Positions 34,201-43,192 of a DNA stretch of 44,287 bases are shown in pieces. The notes beneath the pieces are model-generated. The model did no database searches. It saw nothing but the letters and a program-made list of their open reading frames with translations, and was not told the DNA's origin. The DNA is from an uncultured bacterium. Its GTDB lineage: Bacteria; Patescibacteriota; Minisyncoccia; Moranbacterales; UBA2206. The stretch is taken from positions 1 through 44,287 of the forward strand of contig CAIMLT010000077.1 of NCBI GenBank assembly GCA_903842445.1, read 5' to 3'. A program made the position numbers and the translations under genes. Position 1 is the stretch's first letter, and each line of letters starts with the position of its first letter.

Positions 34201-37116
34201 ATGGTGGATAAAAGTCAATTTGAAACAAAAACAGAAGCAGAAAAAGAGGCGGAGCGAAAAAGAGGCAAGGAGTGTCAAGATAGCATGAGTCTTTTTAGGA
34301 GTCTTTCGATGGCGTTGCATCCAGATCTGGGAAATGGCAAGAGTGATGAATTGAAAAATGAAGGGGTTGTTCTATTTATAGAGTTGATGTCTATTTATGA
34401 AAGGCATACAAAAAGCATTGCTGAAAATGTGATTTTGTGGCAGAGATTATTTGAAGAATTGAAAAATTTTGAAAATCTCAAAGTAGCTAATTATCGTGAT
34501 CGAGTTAAGAAAGACAAAGAGATCAGTGAGCTTAATAGCAAGAATGATGCATTGCTGACAGGTTTGCAAATTGATGTTAATTCAGATTATCAAAAGAATA
34601 AAAGAAATGAGTTGCGCAGAAAGATCAAAGCCTTGCGCAATAAATGCGAAAGTCTAAAAAAGGATTTGTCAGAGTTTGATGATGCGCTTCGCGAGGCGAA
34701 AGAGCTAAGTGCTGAAGTGGCTGATTTTTGCAGAGAGGTTGAAGATTGGAACAATCTTTCTCCTGATGAGAAAGAAGAGCGAAAAAAAAAATCAGCAAGA
34801 AGAAGAAAAAGGATGGGCGCAGCAAGGAAAGGAAAGACAAAGGATAAAGCCACATCTGAACAAGGAATGGATAATGACGGGGCGACAGGCGGCGGTGCTT
34901 TTCAGGTGGGCAAAGAGGATACTGGAGAAGCTAATAAGGAAAATGCCGAAAACGGTGAGGCGGAAAAAGAAAAGCCTGAGATGAGTAAATCGGAAAAGGA
35001 GATGCTGGATAAAACCGAAGAATTGAAGGTCGCAGTTGAGCAAGCAAGAAGTGGATATGCTAAGATTAATCTCGAGGTTGATGGTGCTTTCAACCGGATC
35101 AGAAGAATTTTAGGAAAAAAAATCTTTAGGAAAAAAGTTGAAGATGTTTCGGATGTCACATTGCGGTATCAAGCCTATCAAGAAAAACTCAAAGCATTGA
35201 AAGCGTTTGAGCTGCAGAAAATAAAAGATAAATATGCCGGTATCGATACTTTGTCGGAAGAGGAAAAGACGGCAAAAATCGCTGAGTTGAAAAAAGAACT
35301 CGGGGAAATGGCGACCTATTTCAACTATGATGAGAAAATCAGGCTCTTTGAAGCCAGGACTATCGCTGGAGCAGAGGCGCAAAAAAATATACCTGGCGGA
35401 AAGTTGTTGGCGAAAAGCGCTGAGTGGGTCAATCGTTATCGTAAATTAAATTGGAAATATAAACTAGCAATTTCCGGTGTGCTTTTGGCAGGTGGGGTCG
35501 GCGCTACAATGGTTGGTGCTACTAGTATTGGTCTTAGCATTGGCGCGCTAAAAATTGCACAAAGAGTCGCAGGGGGGGCAGTAGCTGGTGTTGGAACGGC
35601 GGGGTTAATGGAATCTTTGGCAAGAAAAAGTCAAAAGAAGCAAGCTGGAAAAAAGAATGAAGAAATCTTTGACGAGTTTGATGTAATAGATGAAAGAAAC
35701 GAATTTCGGGGGAATATGAATGAAAAAGCCAATTGGGAAACAAAATTTAAGACATTTGAAGATAAGTTGGATGATGAAATTAATGGTTATGCGGAAAGCC
35801 TGAAAAATGAAAGGGGTTCGGTTAATATGCGTGCGCTGGTCGGGCTAGGCGTTGGCGCTTTTGTTATTTCTGGTACTCCAGGGTATCTCTTAAAATGGGG
35901 AATCGGGATGGATAGTAGTCATGGTAATTTTCACTGGCTAAGTGATAAATTGGGAATTACTAAACCAAATATTAATGTTAGTTCTACTATTGGCAGTGGC
36001 GGGGCGAGTTCTGAAATATTGACAGAAATACCAGAAAGGCCAAGTATCCCGCCAGGAGGCTCTCCGGCAGATTTACCACCTAATTCTTCGGGGCTAAAAC
36101 TGGAGCAAACACCGGAAGCGCCGAAAAATAGTGCCATAGAAAAAGTAGTGTCTGGTTCAGTGGAAAAAACGTCAGCTGGCGTTGAGGTGAAATCGGGAAC
36201 ATTTAGTCATAATGTAGTACAAGATGATAATGTTGAAAGAATAATAATACATCAGAAGTTGGAAGAAGGTATGAGCAGGCCTGAAGCCAATAAATTAGCG
36301 CATTTAATCGCAACGAATCCTAAAAATTTGGAATCGATTGAGAAATTAAAATTGATTCACGCAGGCGACAAAGTTATTGTTGATTGGGAAAACGGCACAG
36401 TTAAAGTTGATCGTTTGTCTGGCATCAAAGGACATTCGCATAGTACTGGCGCAACTGAAATTCACAAACCAAAATTGGCCGACATAAATCCGACGGAACA
36501 TGCACCACAAGAAAAAATAATTCCAGTCAATCCGCTTGAAGCGCAATCTAATATGCCGAGCGGAGGCCAAACGCTTCGAGAGGCGGCTTTGCGAGATGAA
36601 GCGATGCAACAATCGGAAAACTCAACTAACCTCACGCCAGAAGAACAATTAAAATATCAAAAAATCGCCGGAGCAAATAGTGAGCTAATTCAAAAAAATA
36701 TCATTTCGATGCCAAAATTTGCGCAGGCATATGGAGGAGATATGTTAGAGGTGGAAAAATTGAGAATGTTAGCGCACAATGGCACGGCGGAAGCGATTGC
36801 TTATGAAAACAGCTATACGGAACTCGTTAAAAAGATGAGTCAAGCTATTTTCACTGGAAATCAGACAGGGGAGAGCTTGGATAGTTTGAAAAATGCCAAT
36901 GCAGATGATTATTGGAAAAATGATGGCAAGCTCAACCCTAAGCTTATTCAGCTAAAGGCCTATGTAGCGAGGAAATTCGGAGAGAAGATTTCTAATCCGA
37001 GAATAGACGGAATACCGCCTGAAACAGTGTCGAAATGGGCTCATCGATTGGCTTTTAAATCATTGGAAGCTGGAGGCATGAAATTGGAAAGTTTTGTGAA
37101 ATTAAAAACGCATTAA
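34201..37116 (+). CDS. Large hypothetical protein: J-domain-like N-terminus, coiled coils, Gly-rich hydrophobic helices, LysM-like domain
   Basis: FRSLSMALHPDLG...LFIELMSIYE; heptad-rich charged region; GVLLAGGVGA...AGGAVAGVGTAG; HNVVQDDNVERI...NP......KLIHAGDKVIV; no signal peptide. Confidence 0.7.
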   Translation: MVDKSQFETKTEAEKEAERKRGKECQDSMSLFRSLSMALHPDLGNGKSDELKNEGVVLFIELMSIYERHTKSIAENVILWQRLFEELKNFENLKVANYRDRVKKDKEISELNSKNDALLTGLQIDVNSDYQKNKRNELRRKIKALRNKCESLKKDLSEFDDALREAKELSAEVADFCREVEDWNNLSPDEKEERKKKSARRRKRMGAARKGKTKDKATSEQGMDNDGATGGGAFQVGKEDTGEANKENAENGEAEKEKPEMSKSEKEMLDKTEELKVAVEQARSGYAKINLEVDGAFNRIRRILGKKIFRKKVEDVSDVTLRYQAYQEKLKALKAFELQKIKDKYAGIDTLSEEEKTAKIAELKKELGEMATYFNYDEKIRLFEARTIAGAEAQKNIPGGKLLAKSAEWVNRYRKLNWKYKLAISGVLLAGGVGATMVGATSIGLSIGALKIAQRVAGGAVAGVGTAGLMESLARKSQKKQAGKKNEEIFDEFDVIDERNEFRGNMNEKANWETKFKTFEDKLDDEINGYAESLKNERGSVNMRALVGLGVGAFVISGTPGYLLKWGIGMDSSHGNFHWLSDKLGITKPNINVSSTIGSGGASSEILTEIPERPSIPPGGSPADLPPNSSGLKLEQTPEAPKNSAIEKVVSGSVEKTSAGVEVKSGTFSHNVVQDDNVERIIIHQKLEEGMSRPEANKLAHLIATNPKNLESIEKLKLIHAGDKVIVDWENGTVKVDRLSGIKGHSHSTGATEIHKPKLADINPTEHAPQEKIIPVNPLEAQSNMPSGGQTLREAALRDEAMQQSENSTNLTPEEQLKYQKIAGANSELIQKNIISMPKFAQAYGGDMLEVEKLRMLAHNGTAEAIAYENSYTELVKKMSQAIFTGNQTGESLDSLKNANADDYWKNDGKLNPKLIQLKAYVARKFGEKISNPRIDGIPPETVSKWAHRLAFKSLEAGGMKLESFVKLKTH

Positions 37117-37134
37117 ATTTATAAAATAAAAAAT

Positions 37135-37434
37135 ATGGACAATCAAGCAGAAATTCAAAAACAATTAATTGAAGAATTAGGACTTTCAAGCTTGCCAAAA
37201 GACAAGCAAGAAGAGTTGCTCATTAAGATGACCGAAGTTCTTCTTAAAAGAATATTTGTCGAAACGATGGAAAAATTGAGTGAAGCTGATCGGGAGATGT
37301 ATGAAAAAATGGTGGACGAAAAAAGTGATCCGGAAAAAATTGGAGAATTTTTGAAAGAAAATGTCTATAACTATGATGAGATGGTGCAAAAAGTAATTAT
37401 TGATTTTAAGGAAGAAATGAAAAAAGTGGAGTAA
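37135..37434 (+). CDS. Small acidic helical protein, DUF5663-like
   Basis: LIEELGLSSLP.DKQEELL..M.E....RI......LSE.D pattern recalled from CPR DUF5663 proteins. Confidence 0.6.
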   Translation: MDNQAEIQKQLIEELGLSSLPKDKQEELLIKMTEVLLKRIFVETMEKLSEADREMYEKMVDEKSDPEKIGEFLKENVYNYDEMVQKVIIDFKEEMKKVE

Positions 37435-37458
37435 TTTTAATTAAATTAGCAAAAACTT

Positions 37459-37890
37459 ATGCTGGAACCAATTGAAGAAGGTGATTTGGATTTGAAAAAC
37501 AAGTTTCAAAGAGGCGAAGTTAAAAAGGAAGTGTCAGATTTGTCAGTTTCTGACAAAGAAATTTTACCCGCTCCGGAAACATCGGAGAGAAAAGAAGGCA
37601 GGGTGGAAAAAGATGAGGTCTATTCTAGCATTTTAGCTAAAGCGAAGAATCCATCCACGGTGATGCAGGGTGATGTTTCGGTTGATGCAAAAATTGCCAG
37701 CGATGAAGTTGACTATGAAAATAAAATAATAAAATTAGTGGAAATGGCGGAAGCGAAGGGCGTGGTGCACGCCGTGAAAGTGGCACAGCATCTCGAGGAC
37801 AATTATTTACTTGATGAATTGCACGATCGGCTGTTGGCCGTTGATTTGCATGATGCTTTGGTTAAGAAAGGAATGATATCCGAAGTATAA
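37459..37890 (+). CDS. Hypothetical protein with conserved-looking helical C-terminus
   Basis: Operonic ORF; L..MA..KGV.HAV.VA......LLDELHD.L. Confidence 0.7.
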   Translation: MLEPIEEGDLDLKNKFQRGEVKKEVSDLSVSDKEILPAPETSERKEGRVEKDEVYSSILAKAKNPSTVMQGDVSVDAKIASDEVDYENKIIKLVEMAEAKGVVHAVKVAQHLEDNYLLDELHDRLLAVDLHDALVKKGMISEV

Positions 37891-37894
37891 AATT

Positions 37895-40357
37895 ATGGAT
37901 TATCCTAGTTTAATTAATTTTAGTCTTTTAATTTCTGGCGTCGCCACACTGTTGAGCGGGGCTTGGTTGGTTGTGTCCAGTTTTTTAGGCTTTCGGGCGC
38001 AAATCAATCAATCGATGAATCTTGATCTGGATGTAATCCGTGTTTCCAAAATAAACAAAAGTGAAGAGGAAAAAATTAAGGAAAATGGAGAAAGCTGGAA
38101 AGGCGAAATCGGAGCGATGGAGCAAATGCTTACAGCCTTTTCATCAATCAGAGACACGCGCAGTTTTTTAAAAAAAATGATTTATGGTTCTCCTTCGATT
38201 TCTTTGGAAATCGCCAATTCAGCCAAGAGTGAGGAAATCGTCTTTTTTATTGCTGTGCCGAGAAAATTTCGGGAAAACATTGAAAAACAAATTCACAGTT
38301 TTTTTCCTTACGCATCGCTTGAGAAAACGACTGATTTTAATATTTTTTACCCCGGAAGCAAGACAGAAGCTTCAATGATTAAACTGAAAAATGAATTTGC
38401 TCTACCAATCCGGACCTATGAAAATCAGGAGATGGATCCTTTGAATGCTATCGCCAATGCTCTCAGCAAATTAGACACGACCAATGAAGGAGCGGCGATT
38501 CAGTTAGTCTTGCGACCAGCCGGAACGACTTGGCGGGCGGAGGGGCGACGAATTGCCCATGAGATGCAACAGGGCAAGCGACTTAGCGATGTGAATAAAT
38601 CTTTTATCAGAAAGGTGGGTGGCGAGCTTGGTTCGGTGGCGCTATCTGTTATCACTCCAGCTAAAAAAGACGATCCGATTTCAAATGACAAGAAAACAGT
38701 CCAGTTGACCCCGGAAGAACAAGAGCTGGTTAAGAGTATTGAAAAAAAAGCTTCGAAGACCGGATTCGAGACAAATATTCGTCTCGTCGCCTCAGCAGCT
38801 TCAAGCGAGCGAGCGCAGGAAATTCTGGCGCATATTGAGAACGCTTTTTCTCAATATGAAAATGCCGACACGAATTGTTTTCAGGTAAGACGGGGGGATA
38901 AAAAAACAATTGCTTTTGACTTTATTTTTCGTAATTTTAAATCAGAGGAAAAAATTATTTTGGGAGTTGAGGAAATTTCCAGTATTTTTCATATTCCAAT
39001 TTCCACGACAGAAGCCCCAAAGATTAAGTGGCTAAAATCCAATGCTTCAGCGCCACCGATTGATATTCCGAAGGAAGGAATAATTTTAGGTTTCAATGAC
39101 TACCGTGGGGTGAAAACGACAGTTAGAATTTCAGATAAAGATCGCAGACGGCATCTCTATGCGATTGGACAGACCGGAACTGGAAAATCGAATTTTTTGC
39201 AAGAAATGGCCAAGCAAGACGCGCGTGAAGGTCGAGGATTCTGCTTTATTGATCCACATGGCGACGCAATTGAAGATATTCTAACCGCCATTCCCAAAGA
39301 AAGAGCAGAGGATGTTGTTGTGTTTGATCCAGCAGATGTTGAGCGTCCATTTGGTCTTAATATGCTGGAATATGATCCGGCTCATCCGGAACAGATGACT
39401 TTTGTGATTAATGAAATGATTGGGATTTTTGATCAGCTTTATGATCTAAAGGCAACTGGTGGACCGATGTTTGAACAATACATGCGTAATGCCATGTTTT
39501 TGGTTATGAGTGATCCTGATTCTGGCTCAACCCTGCTGGAAATTTCCAAGGTTCTTTCAGATGAAGAATTTCGCGCTATGAAACTTTCAAGATGCACCAA
39601 TCAAACAGTTATTGATTTTTGGACTAAGGAAGCAGAAAAGGCTGGCGGTGAAGCTGCTCTAGCTAATATGGTTCCATACATTACTTCAAAACTAACGCCA
39701 TTTATTTCGAATGATATGATGCGTCCGATTATTTCACAACAAAAAAGCACAATCAACTTTCGAGATATTATGGATAACAAGAAAATTTTGCTGATTGCTC
39801 TGTCTAAAGGAAAAATTGGTGAAATCAATGCGCGATTGCTTGGCATGGTTGTGGTAGGAAAGATTTTGATGGCAGCGCTGGGACGCACTGACACTCCAGA
39901 AGACTCGCGAGTGGATTTTCATCTCTATTTGGATGAATTTCAAAATGTTACGACCAATTCGATTGCGCAGATATTGTCTGAAGCAAGAAAATATCGTCTG
40001 TGTCTCGTTCTTGCACATCAATTTATTGCGCAACTCAAGGAAGAGATTTCCAAAGCTGTGTTTGGCAATGTTGGCTCAATGGTTTCTTTTCGAGTTGGAC
40101 CTGAAGATGGAGAATTTTTGGAAAAACAATTTGCGCCAACTTTCAAAGCGCAAGATTTGGTTAATGTGGATAATTATAACGGATTTGCTAGAATTCTTGT
40201 CAATAATGTTCTCACAAAACCATTTAATTTAATGACTTTTCCTCCAAGCGTTGGTAATCAAGAGATTGCCAATGCGATTAAGGAATTATCGCGTTTGACT
40301 TATGGCCGTGATCGTCATATCGTCAATCAGGAGATTATTGAGCGAACAAGGTTTTGA
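37895..40357 (+). CDS. VirD4/TrwB/HerA-like (DUF87) membrane-anchored ATPase
   Basis: N-terminal TM; DRRRHLYAIGQTGTGKS Walker A; IDPHGD; LYLDEFQN Walker B; LSEARKY; AHQ; FGNVG..SFRVG. Confidence 0.9.
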   Translation: MDYPSLINFSLLISGVATLLSGAWLVVSSFLGFRAQINQSMNLDLDVIRVSKINKSEEEKIKENGESWKGEIGAMEQMLTAFSSIRDTRSFLKKMIYGSPSISLEIANSAKSEEIVFFIAVPRKFRENIEKQIHSFFPYASLEKTTDFNIFYPGSKTEASMIKLKNEFALPIRTYENQEMDPLNAIANALSKLDTTNEGAAIQLVLRPAGTTWRAEGRRIAHEMQQGKRLSDVNKSFIRKVGGELGSVALSVITPAKKDDPISNDKKTVQLTPEEQELVKSIEKKASKTGFETNIRLVASAASSERAQEILAHIENAFSQYENADTNCFQVRRGDKKTIAFDFIFRNFKSEEKIILGVEEISSIFHIPISTTEAPKIKWLKSNASAPPIDIPKEGIILGFNDYRGVKTTVRISDKDRRRHLYAIGQTGTGKSNFLQEMAKQDAREGRGFCFIDPHGDAIEDILTAIPKERAEDVVVFDPADVERPFGLNMLEYDPAHPEQMTFVINEMIGIFDQLYDLKATGGPMFEQYMRNAMFLVMSDPDSGSTLLEISKVLSDEEFRAMKLSRCTNQTVIDFWTKEAEKAGGEAALANMVPYITSKLTPFISNDMMRPIISQQKSTINFRDIMDNKKILLIALSKGKIGEINARLLGMVVVGKILMAALGRTDTPEDSRVDFHLYLDEFQNVTTNSIAQILSEARKYRLCLVLAHQFIAQLKEEISKAVFGNVGSMVSFRVGPEDGEFLEKQFAPTFKAQDLVNVDNYNGFARILVNNVLTKPFNLMTFPPSVGNQEIANAIKELSRLTYGRDRHIVNQEIIERTRF

Positions 40358-40410
40358 GAATACTGAGGAATGTTTGCCCCGAATGTGTAGTGAGTTGTTG
40401 TGGTAAAAAT

Positions 40411-40440
40411 AAAAAAAGCTCTCAGAACGGGAGTTTTTTT
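40411..40440. terminator. Bidirectional intrinsic terminator
   Basis: A7-GCTCTC-agaac-GGGAG-T7 between convergent genes. Confidence 0.7.
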
Positions 40441-40451
40441 AGTTAATTTTT

Positions 40452-42926
40452 TTAATTCATCTTAAAGCTTTTCACTCCAATTTCATTTGAAAGATAAATT
40501 AAGCCACTTTCTTCATTTATTGCAAGATCATTTGAGTTGGCAATTTCTGCATTGTAGTATTGCGCGATAATTTTTCCATCATTATCAAGTTTTAAAATTC
40601 TGGCGTTAACTTTGTCCAAAACATAGAGATTGGTTGAGTTTTGTTCAGTATATATTTTAGCAGGCGAAACTTCTGTGGCGGTATTTTCAATTGAGAATAG
40701 TTGTTTTTTTCCATTGAATAATTTTGTGATGGCTGATTCATTCAGCAGAAAAACATTTTCATTGATAGCCATGCCAATGCTATTTGTAACAACGATATTC
40801 TCTTTTAGCCAGAGTTTCTTTTCGCCAAAACCACCTTCCGCTCTGGGTAGGCGATAGATTTGATTATTGTTTGTGTCGAGTAGGTACATATAGGTGAGAT
40901 AGGTTTTGGCATCAATGATTTTTCCGTTGGCGGGAAAATTAAGCTTGGTATCTTGAAATTTTCCGGTAACAGGAGAAAAAGAGATAATCCGCTCACCTTT
41001 TATGAGAAAAATAGATTTTAAATCTCGCATAGCGATGAACAGTTCGGCATCTTGGAAATCCAAGATTATTGGAAAAGTTTTTGTGTTTTTCAGATCAATG
41101 ACATCCGTTTTTCCGAGAGCAAAGAGCTCATCATTCAGCTTGAGAATTTTTGTAACATTTCCGGTGTAAACTTCATCTAGCTTCTCAATGCGGATGACAT
41201 TCAAGTCTTTCTCGAGAGGGATTGCAATTATTGGAGTTTCTTCAATGATCTCTGGTTTTTTTGTTTCTTTATTTTCCCATTTCACAATCCAATAGGGCAC
41301 AATCAGGAGGAGCGCCAGAACAGCCAGGGCGGAAATTTTTTGCTTTTGGTTTAGACTTTTTGTGATTTGTTTCAGGTGGAAGAAGTCAGGCAGGATTTTT
41401 TTTAGTTTGACCACCCTTCCGAGATTAGTTACTTTTTGGAGAAAAGACGGAGTGGTTTTTTGCAAATCTATTTTCTGAATTGTGGGTGAATCGGCAGTGC
41501 TTTCCCATGGATAAGGCTTATAATTTAGATCAAATGCCTTGCTGTTTTTATTTTTGAAATCGTGCCATTTGTTTTTTAAGATGGTAATTGATTTAATGGC
41601 GAGGCCGGTGGGCTTTCGTAGGATCAAGACAAGTCCGTCTGTGGCTATGTCTTTTGTCCGAATAGCTCCGGTTTTTAATTTTTTCAGAAACAATGAGGCT
41701 TTTTTCTCAAGTGCCAGTTTGCGGTAGATCATTTTCAGTTTTTCAGTTTTCGGAGTTTTTATTTCCGGCGCTTTCAATGATTCGGTTTCTGTTTTTTCGG
41801 TCTCAGCTTGCTTGAAATCACTTTTAAATTTAATCTTAGCAATTTTTAGGTGGATTTTTTGCCAAAAGGAAAGAGAGAATTGATGCATTTTATTTCTTGT
41901 GCCGGCAAGAGTGCTCGCGCTTGAGAGAGTCAGGGCGGAGAGTTTTTCTTTTAGCGCGGAAAAGTCAATCGTAGGCTTTCTGAAGGAATTTTTGGTGGAA
42001 AAACTTTGTGGCTCTTTGATGTAGATATGCCCGGTTTTTTTATCGACAAAATCCTTTGGTTCTCTTTTCAATTCTTGGATTATTTCTTGCCTTTCTTTGT
42101 TTAGGGTGTCTTCCTGGATCTTTTCTTTTTCTTGCATCTTAGGGGAGAGTTCTTTTTGAAAAGCAGTTTGACTGAAGACATTCAATTCTTCTATTTTTTT
42201 GGCAGGCGATATTTCAATTATCTCTTCAAACTTCTCAGTGATGTCAATGATCAGCGTGGCGACTTCGTCTAATTCATTGATGAGTGCGGTATTCAAAAAT
42301 TGCACAAAATTTTCTTGAGAAAACTTTAGGGCGCTTTTTTTTATTTCTTCCAGAGAAAAAATATCGAAAATTTCCTTGGTAGTGAGAATGAGCTTGTCGT
42401 TTTTTTCAATTTTGCCCGAAATAACATCTTGAAAGGTTTTCAGAGGATTGGAATTGGTGCTTTCGTCCTGAATCTCAGTTATTTCTGTGAGAGTAGAATT
42501 GCGCAAAAGAAAAGCTGAGGCATTTCCGGTTTGAGAAAGCAAGAGATTATTTTTCTCGATTACGGCGCAAACGGCATTAATTTTTCCAATCCAGCCAATG
42601 TTTTCATGCGTTGCGAGTTTGGCGAGAGCCAAGTTGGCTTTATGTAGAGCGGCTTCAAAATTTTCAACCGGACCACGATTGGAGCGAGAAAAGTATTCCT
42701 TTTTAATGATAGAAATCAGATAATTGACCACATATGAGGAATCTTCACTTCGATCATCAATTTGAAAAATTCCCACCAGAATACCCAAGTTTTGGCGGGA
42801 TATGTTTTCCGGTTCTTCAACCAGCACTTCCAGAAAAGGTCGACAATCATTTCTTTTGCAAATTAAAATATCATGGAATGTTGATTCCAAGCCAAGTATC
42901 TTTTTGTCAGTTTTTTTTCTGGTCAT
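40452..42926 (-). CDS. Bitopic membrane protein: degenerate PP2C-like domain, linker, TM, NHL/beta-propeller-like domain
   Basis: FEAALHKAN...AVCAVI....L..SQTGN..AFLLR...SG....NDKLILTT; TM SALAVLALLLIVPYW; YLLD..NNQIYR and LYVLD..NARILKLD blades; start at 42926 or 42971. Confidence 0.7.
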   Translation of the reverse strand: MTRKKTDKKILGLESTFHDILICKRNDCRPFLEVLVEEPENISRQNLGILVGIFQIDDRSEDSSYVVNYLISIIKKEYFSRSNRGPVENFEAALHKANLALAKLATHENIGWIGKINAVCAVIEKNNLLLSQTGNASAFLLRNSTLTEITEIQDESTNSNPLKTFQDVISGKIEKNDKLILTTKEIFDIFSLEEIKKSALKFSQENFVQFLNTALINELDEVATLIIDITEKFEEIIEISPAKKIEELNVFSQTAFQKELSPKMQEKEKIQEDTLNKERQEIIQELKREPKDFVDKKTGHIYIKEPQSFSTKNSFRKPTIDFSALKEKLSALTLSSASTLAGTRNKMHQFSLSFWQKIHLKIAKIKFKSDFKQAETEKTETESLKAPEIKTPKTEKLKMIYRKLALEKKASLFLKKLKTGAIRTKDIATDGLVLILRKPTGLAIKSITILKNKWHDFKNKNSKAFDLNYKPYPWESTADSPTIQKIDLQKTTPSFLQKVTNLGRVVKLKKILPDFFHLKQITKSLNQKQKISALAVLALLLIVPYWIVKWENKETKKPEIIEETPIIAIPLEKDLNVIRIEKLDEVYTGNVTKILKLNDELFALGKTDVIDLKNTKTFPIILDFQDAELFIAMRDLKSIFLIKGERIISFSPVTGKFQDTKLNFPANGKIIDAKTYLTYMYLLDTNNNQIYRLPRAEGGFGEKKLWLKENIVVTNSIGMAINENVFLLNESAITKLFNGKKQLFSIENTATEVSPAKIYTEQNSTNLYVLDKVNARILKLDNDGKIIAQYYNAEIANSNDLAINEESGLIYLSNEIGVKSFKMN

Positions 42927-43130
42927 ATCTAAAATAATAAGAAAAATTGCCCACTGAATATAATTTAGCATAATTTGCTAAAAAATTGAAATGGTTGGTT
43001 TTTTGGTGATTTCCGATGAGTAGCTGAAAAAAATGCGCTTGTTGCTTTTTGTATTTTATGGTAATGTATTGATAGGTTATTTTATCAGGGTATCGAAAGA
43101 AGAATTGTCGGCAGATGTCGGGCGGGTGCA

Positions 43131-43159
43131 TTGTTGTTTTTTCAAAAGAATGGTATTAT
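43131..43159 (+). promoter_or_regulatory. Putative promoter of pilM
   Basis: TTGTTG-N17-TATTAT with TGn. Confidence 0.4.
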
Positions 43160-43192
43160 GAATATAAAGAAAAGATAAAAATATTTTTTACA

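Noticed and set aside
37895-40357. Conjugative element or ICE
   Set aside because: No relaxase, integrase, VirB4 or att-like boundaries seen
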